Source: Balanoglossus misakiensis | Taxonomy: Eukaryota; Animalia; Hemichordata | Assembly: GCA_040954595.2 (NCBI GenBank) | Contig: CM082594.2 | Coordinates: 2,312,247-2,376,246 of the forward strand | Direction: 5' to 3' | DNA length: 64,000 nucleotides | Shown: positions 58,701 to 64,000 of the stretch, piece by piece | How the letters are laid out: each line of letters begins with the position of its first letter | How positions within the stretch are numbered: position 1 is the stretch's first letter | Notes under the pieces: generated by a model | What the model saw: only the letters and a program-made list of their open reading frames with translations | Told to the model about the DNA's origin: nothing | Database searches by the model: none | Program-made: the position numbers and the translations under genes

Positions 58701-61700
58701 TTCACCAATCTTTTTGTATGGGGTTAACACAAAGATCTCGAAATTGAGCAAGATATCCATATGATTTTATTTGACCCCTGAATTTAATTTCATTTGGCTA
58801 AGCTTACAACTAGATAAGCATAACATGTGCAAAGAGTAGGTCAAAGGTCATCTCAAAAATTGCCAAATATTTTGAGCAAATGCTGGTTAATGTGGTAAGA
58901 AATGTGCAGAAAAAATGTACTTGCTTTCAGTATACCTAGTATTAGGTACATGTATATGCATGTATAATTAGGTTCTAAAAATGGGTCAAAGGTCATTCAA
59001 AAATAGCAAATAAAAAGTTTGGAAACAACCGAATTTTGTGACATTTGCCTCGTTGGTTTTTAGAGTGCACAAACACACACATACAGTTGAATTATCAGTC
59101 TATACAATAAAATGCAGATGTTAGTTTTAGTCAAGGGCAAGATACATAATGTTAAAAGTTAATAAACTTGTATTTTAAAGGATTTGAACTTGGTCCTGCC
59201 ATACACATTCATACAGCTAGCAATTCAGTCAAATCCTCACCTGGAAGGCGGTTAAATAACTGAATTAATTCTCAAGCTCACTCAACCCACAGACACAGAC
59301 ACACAAAACTAACAAGCAATACTGTAGAACAGGTTATTTTCGCAAAATATGCGAGAGCCAAAACACGTGAAAATAAAAAGTCGCGTAAAAATGTTTTTTG
59401 GCGATAACGATGCAGTGAAATACAAGAACGTGAAAATTAATCTTCACGTAACAGTTGCTTCTTTTGATATCGCGAAAATTTACTTTCGCGAAAATAACCC
59501 GTTTTACAGTATATACATGCAAATACATTCAGAACAATCATTCCATCACTCAACTGAACTACAGAATATTGTTAGATCACCAACCACCACATTGAAAAGT
59601 CAAACATCAATATACAAGGTTCACACATTGAAGTTACTTAGAAATCTCAAAGTAAACTTTGGCCAGGATGTAATGAAATTTCAAGAGTAAGTATTCCTAT
59701 GATTTGTACAGAATCAAATGAACAAATGCACAAATGATGATGGAAACCTTTTTGGGTGCTCATACTTTTACAGTCCTCATTTTCACTTCTGTGCTTTGTT
59801 ACTTTTGAGCTGCATTTCAACAATGTAAATGCAGTTTACAAGCAGTATACATAATTTGCAAGTTTTCCCCCCATAAATTAGCCACAACAATATGAGAAAA
59901 TGAACTTTGACTGCAGCAACCACTGTCACTGAATGATGTGAGCCAGCAGAACCTTATTGCCATCAAATTTCTAGAGTCGAAATAAAATTTATCCCCCCCC
60001 CCCCCAAAAAAAGTGGTCAAATTATTACAGCATTCAAATTAAAGGAATAATTACGGTTCTTTTAAAGCAATGAATGTCACACACAAAAGAGTACGTGTTG
60101 GAAAAATCAGACCTCCAGAAGTGTAAAGAAAAAATATTGAATTTGCCACAGACTTTCCGCAACAATATTTCAGAAATGTGTGAACCTTGCACAGACATGA
60201 AGATTATGAAACACTGTCCCACTGAGTATGGAAATACTGTATTTTCATTACATGGCTATAATGTGGTTTTCGATGTAAATAGGCTGAATGATTTCGTTTG
60301 ATTTGTGACTCCACTTTCCATCTCAATCATGTAATGTTTTACCTTCTTTTCCTCTGGTTCAGCAGAGGCAGAAACTACAGTCTGACCATTTTCTTCAGTC
60401 TCAACCTCATTCTCTAATTGGTGGTGTTGAGTCTGGTGTTAAAAAACAAGGACAACCAAATTCACAATAACAGGAAATCAAATGAACACAACACAAGTGG
60501 GAGAGAGTACTGTAAAACACTTTATTTTCACGAGCAATAAATTTTAGCGAAATACGCGAGAGCCAAAATAGCGTGAAAATAAAAAGTCGTGTGGATTTTT
60601 TTTTGAAGATAACGATGCAGTGAATGGAATAAGAGAACGCGAAAATTAAAACTCGGGAAACAGTGGCCTCTCTTGATATCGTGAAAATTTCAATTCGTGA
60701 CAATAAAGTGTTTTACAGCAATACATGCACATACAGAACCTATGAACAGCAGAAGGGCATGACTGCATGGCCAGCTGTTAATTCCCATTACCTTGGGTTT
60801 GTCCTCTTCAGTTTGTGAATCAGAATCTACTGTTGCCAAGGAATCATTCTGAAGCACCTCTGCCATATCCTCACCATTTCTGCCACTCACTATCATACGT
60901 ACATTTCCAAATTGAAGTCCCTTTTGTGGTCAGCAGTTTAGGGGGCACACAGAGTTTTGCAAAAATTATTTATGTGTGGAAAATTCACTTAACTTTCTCA
61001 AATATAGCGTCAAGGACACTGTAGTCCCATTTGGGAATTACACAGAAATAGGTAGACACCAGAATAAAAAAAACACAGGTGACATTAGCAAAACAAAATC
61101 CCATCTACAGTCCGACCCGCATCTGCACACCAAATATCAAGGTGATACGAGCAGCAGTTTCCAAGTTTTTGAAGTGGGCGGACGTAGGTACGTGCGTACA
61201 TACAGACAGACAGACAGAAGCCACTGATTCCATAAGGTCCCATGGTATATACCAAACGGGACCTACAAATAGTGTCAAGGATAATGTAACACAAACTGAA
61301 CTAATACCCACACACTTCTACTGAAAGAAACAGACTAGCAAGATGACCCTTAATGGGGAAATCCGGTCTAGCTGATTTCTACATCATTTGGTAGCTTTGA
61401 GGTCACTCTTTCAGAATAAAACATATTCGCCGTGTATAAGTCGCACGATTTTTTACAAAATCAAGGGAAATTTGGCAGAATTTCCAATATGGCATTTACT
61501 GTAATTTAAATCACGGGAAAAAAAGCGCCAGGACCAACTTCCGCCCAACCTGGTGTGGGTGATACCATTTTCCGATTGGTGCCACTGCGTCACAGGCTAA
61601 GCGTATTTTCATATTTTTTTATGGGTTATAGCTCATGAAAACTTTCAACATATGACAAATTTCGACTATGCTCCTGATTGTTTATCAACTGACGCAAAGT

Positions 61701-62932
61701 ACAAACAATAGCTATGCAAATACGCCGAGTCTGTCATGACCCCAGTTGACAGAGATGAATTTGCTTGTATGCCCCAGAAGTCTATGCTTGCATATAAAGA
61801 CAACAAATGGTTGTATTGGGTGGAATTTTTCGGGGCACTTTAACAGAGATTATTTTACAAACCGGCATGGAAGTGATTTGAGAATGATGTTCACCTATAT
61901 AAAAGTGTTTTCGAACATAACATGTTGGGCTGTGATGGTTCATCAAATTCCAACTGAAAATGCTGACAGTTAGGCTGCATTCACATATTTGACAGGACAT
62001 GTTGCTAGTCTGTTACCTTCACTTGTCTGAGAATGCTGCATAATCAAGACTTATTTAATAAGGACCTTACCAGCTTGAGTCGTTTGTTATTTTGCACGTA
62101 GAGATAGATTGGTTTGATGAACAGCATCCATGGTACACACAGTAAAACCACAAGCACAAGGAACACTTGCAACTGATTCTATTGGAGAGAAAAAATCATC
62201 AAGATGTTAAAGGCCGTTTTCTCGATCCCAGGGAAGAACAATGAAGGCAAACAAGAAAGCCTTTGTGTTAGCCCGCAACTGTTCTATTGGAAACAAAAGA
62301 TTTGACCCACTGTTGAGCAAGGGCCTTTAAAGGTTTCTGTGAAGGACCAATAATACTGTGAACACACAGGAGGGTAGTGTCCCTAGGGCTACAGAGTAGA
62401 AACGGAATGAAGTACAGTAAAGATTGCCTAAACCAAACTCTAACAACCTGTGTATACTGAACATCCTTTCCTGTCCCTTTGACATAGAACCACATGTTAA
62501 TGTGTCTGTGCCATGCCCATACCCACAACACGTAAAATCACCCTCTTGGTGGTGAAGTCAAGTTGTTGCTGTCTAGAATCTCATATCACCCAATAAGGTT
62601 TAATAATGTTCAAGCAAAAGTGCCAGGTGGGCGTGTACCCCCAAAGCCTGTCCAGTCATCTTTTTTTCGTCTTTCCAAGGTTTCTCTGGCAGCTTCGTCT
62701 TATTGAATGATATCTCACCTGTCCAGGAAAAAGGAGTTGGTCGTGAGGAACCGGTGTCAACAGAAACATATTGATGATGACAATCAGAAGACTAGGAGCA
62801 TTGGCCGATGTAGCTGCATCAAACGTGAACCATTTAATGAAGATCATGATGACCAAGTATCCAAATATGCAAAACAGGAACAGAACTTGAGGGATGAACT
62901 CACAGAAGATGTTTAATGGTTTCTTGAAGTAC
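55796..62932 (-). CDS. ATP6V0A1: V-type proton ATPase 116-kDa subunit a (ATP6V0A1-like), 3' exons; 5' exons lie beyond the right edge
   Basis: Exons 62932-62719 ([16 protein letters not shown]), 62178-62071 ([10 protein letters not shown]), 60920-60792, ~60405-60343 (acceptor uncertain), 58475-58358 ([28 protein letters not shown]), 56910-56739 ([15 protein letters not shown]) and 55886-55796 (VEFQNKFY...PFSF, TAA). Confidence 0.93.
56357..56706. mobile_element. TTAA MITE, AGGGACAAAG family
   Basis: Both TIRs and TTAA flanks present. Confidence 0.8.
57424..57979 (+). repeat. Hairpin-terminated interspersed element (Crypton-like non-autonomous?)
   Basis: Starts with a CTGATTGG-containing motif; ends TATAATA plus a ~70-bp-arm hairpin at 57835-57976. 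Same architecture at ~12955-13541, ~32580-32705 and 38173-38314. Confidence 0.5.
60508..60718. mobile_element. CTGTAAAAC...GTTTTACAG palindromic MITE family (also ~49997-50200, 59320-59510, 40069-40215)
   Basis: TA-flanked CTGTA...TACAG ends with internal TTCGCGA/GAAAAT repeats. Confidence 0.6.
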
Positions 62933-63164
62933 CTGTTATGGTGAAAGCAAAATGTCCGTGTCATTACTTGCCTTAGAGTCACTCCGGGATTTCCAATAGA
63001 AAACCCGGCCATTTGGTTTGTATTTCTGTAGATTATTTGTACACAACCCGATGGAGAAGTACCTAGTCATGAACTAATCTTGGAAAAGTCTGAACAGTTT
63101 TAATGGTACTTGATTCGCAGACATCACATGGTGCAACCTTATAGAATGCTGGCAGTGTATTTAA

Positions 63165-63521
63165 AGGGACAAAGTCTCTCTCTCGCTGCCCTTTTTTCCA
63201 TTAATTATGTTTGATACAAGACACCGTTTATATTATTCTACATGTGGATATATAGTGAATCAACGTTCGATCACACATGACTTCTATCCCACTTGTAGGA
63301 TATGTGTGTAAACATTTCGCCAAAATGAATAAACGGTAGAGACTGATTATTCATTTTGGCGAGTCAGTCAGTCATTATCTACAAGTGGGATGGCAGTTGT
63401 GTGTGGTTGGATGTTTAATCACTATATACAATGTATCCACATATAGAATAACATAAACGGTGACTTGTATCAAACATAATTAATGGAAAAAGAGGCAGAG
63501 AGAGAGAGAGACTTTGTCCCT
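63165..63521. mobile_element. TTAA MITE, AGGGACAAAG family
   Basis: Both TIRs and TTAA flanks present. Confidence 0.82.
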
Positions 63522-64000
63522 TTAATTGACATCTCTTTCATAAAAGCTCAGCATAGTGCCTCCACACTCAGATTTAACACACCCAGAGTAACATGAAATT
63601 CCAATTAAATATATGGATCCCCTTATCACAGCAATGTTTACTTGGCAATGCAATGCTGGCAACATGTGTACATGTACACAGTCACTATGATGATTTTTGG
63701 CAACAAGATAGCAAGATAAATTAGTATGTATATGTACAACTTAGCACAATAACCTTGTATCAACTTTGACAAGACGATGGCCAGGCATGACTGTGTAGTG
63801 GCCCTGGGACATGACAAATCATAACAAAATGGAGACCTGGTGGCCACATTGGATCACAGTGCAAGACAAATTGACATATATACCAGGGTACACTGTCTAA
63901 TACCAAGTGCAAGCACGGCCAAGTAATTGCTCAGAGCATGGAAGAATTATAACAAACGGACGTCCGATGGCCATTTTGGATAATAACCCATGAGAAATAG

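Overview
AT-rich eukaryotic (animal) genomic DNA. The intronless TRIM-NHL gene and the repeat families suggest an invertebrate deuterostome such as a hemichordate, but this is inference only. The backbone is two multi-exon minus-strand genes: the 3' exons of a V-ATPase V0 subunit a gene (62932->55796) and, downstream of it, WDR6/Trm734 (start ~52259, 20 exons traced to 4687, continuing past the left edge). Two WDR6 introns carry U12 minor-spliceosome signals. WDR6 introns hold the following: (i) an apparently intact Kolobok DNA transposon with a DDE transposase and a convergent KolX/P2X7-ballast-like gene; (ii) in a ~25 kb intron, antisense intronless genes, namely a RING-filamin-NHL TRIM-like gene lacking B-box/coiled-coil and a tandemly duplicated HHxxxDG CoA-dependent acyltransferase (condensation/AATase fold) whose two intact copies differ at clustered residues; (iii) a decayed Tc1 with unusual DD42E spacing, nested in a Helentron-like element; (iv) an L2-like LINE; (v) an inverted pair of Penelope-type minimal hammerhead ribozymes; (vi) many MITEs with TTAA, 9-bp or TTA target duplications. 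All calls were made by eye from motifs and internal comparisons; no database searches were run.
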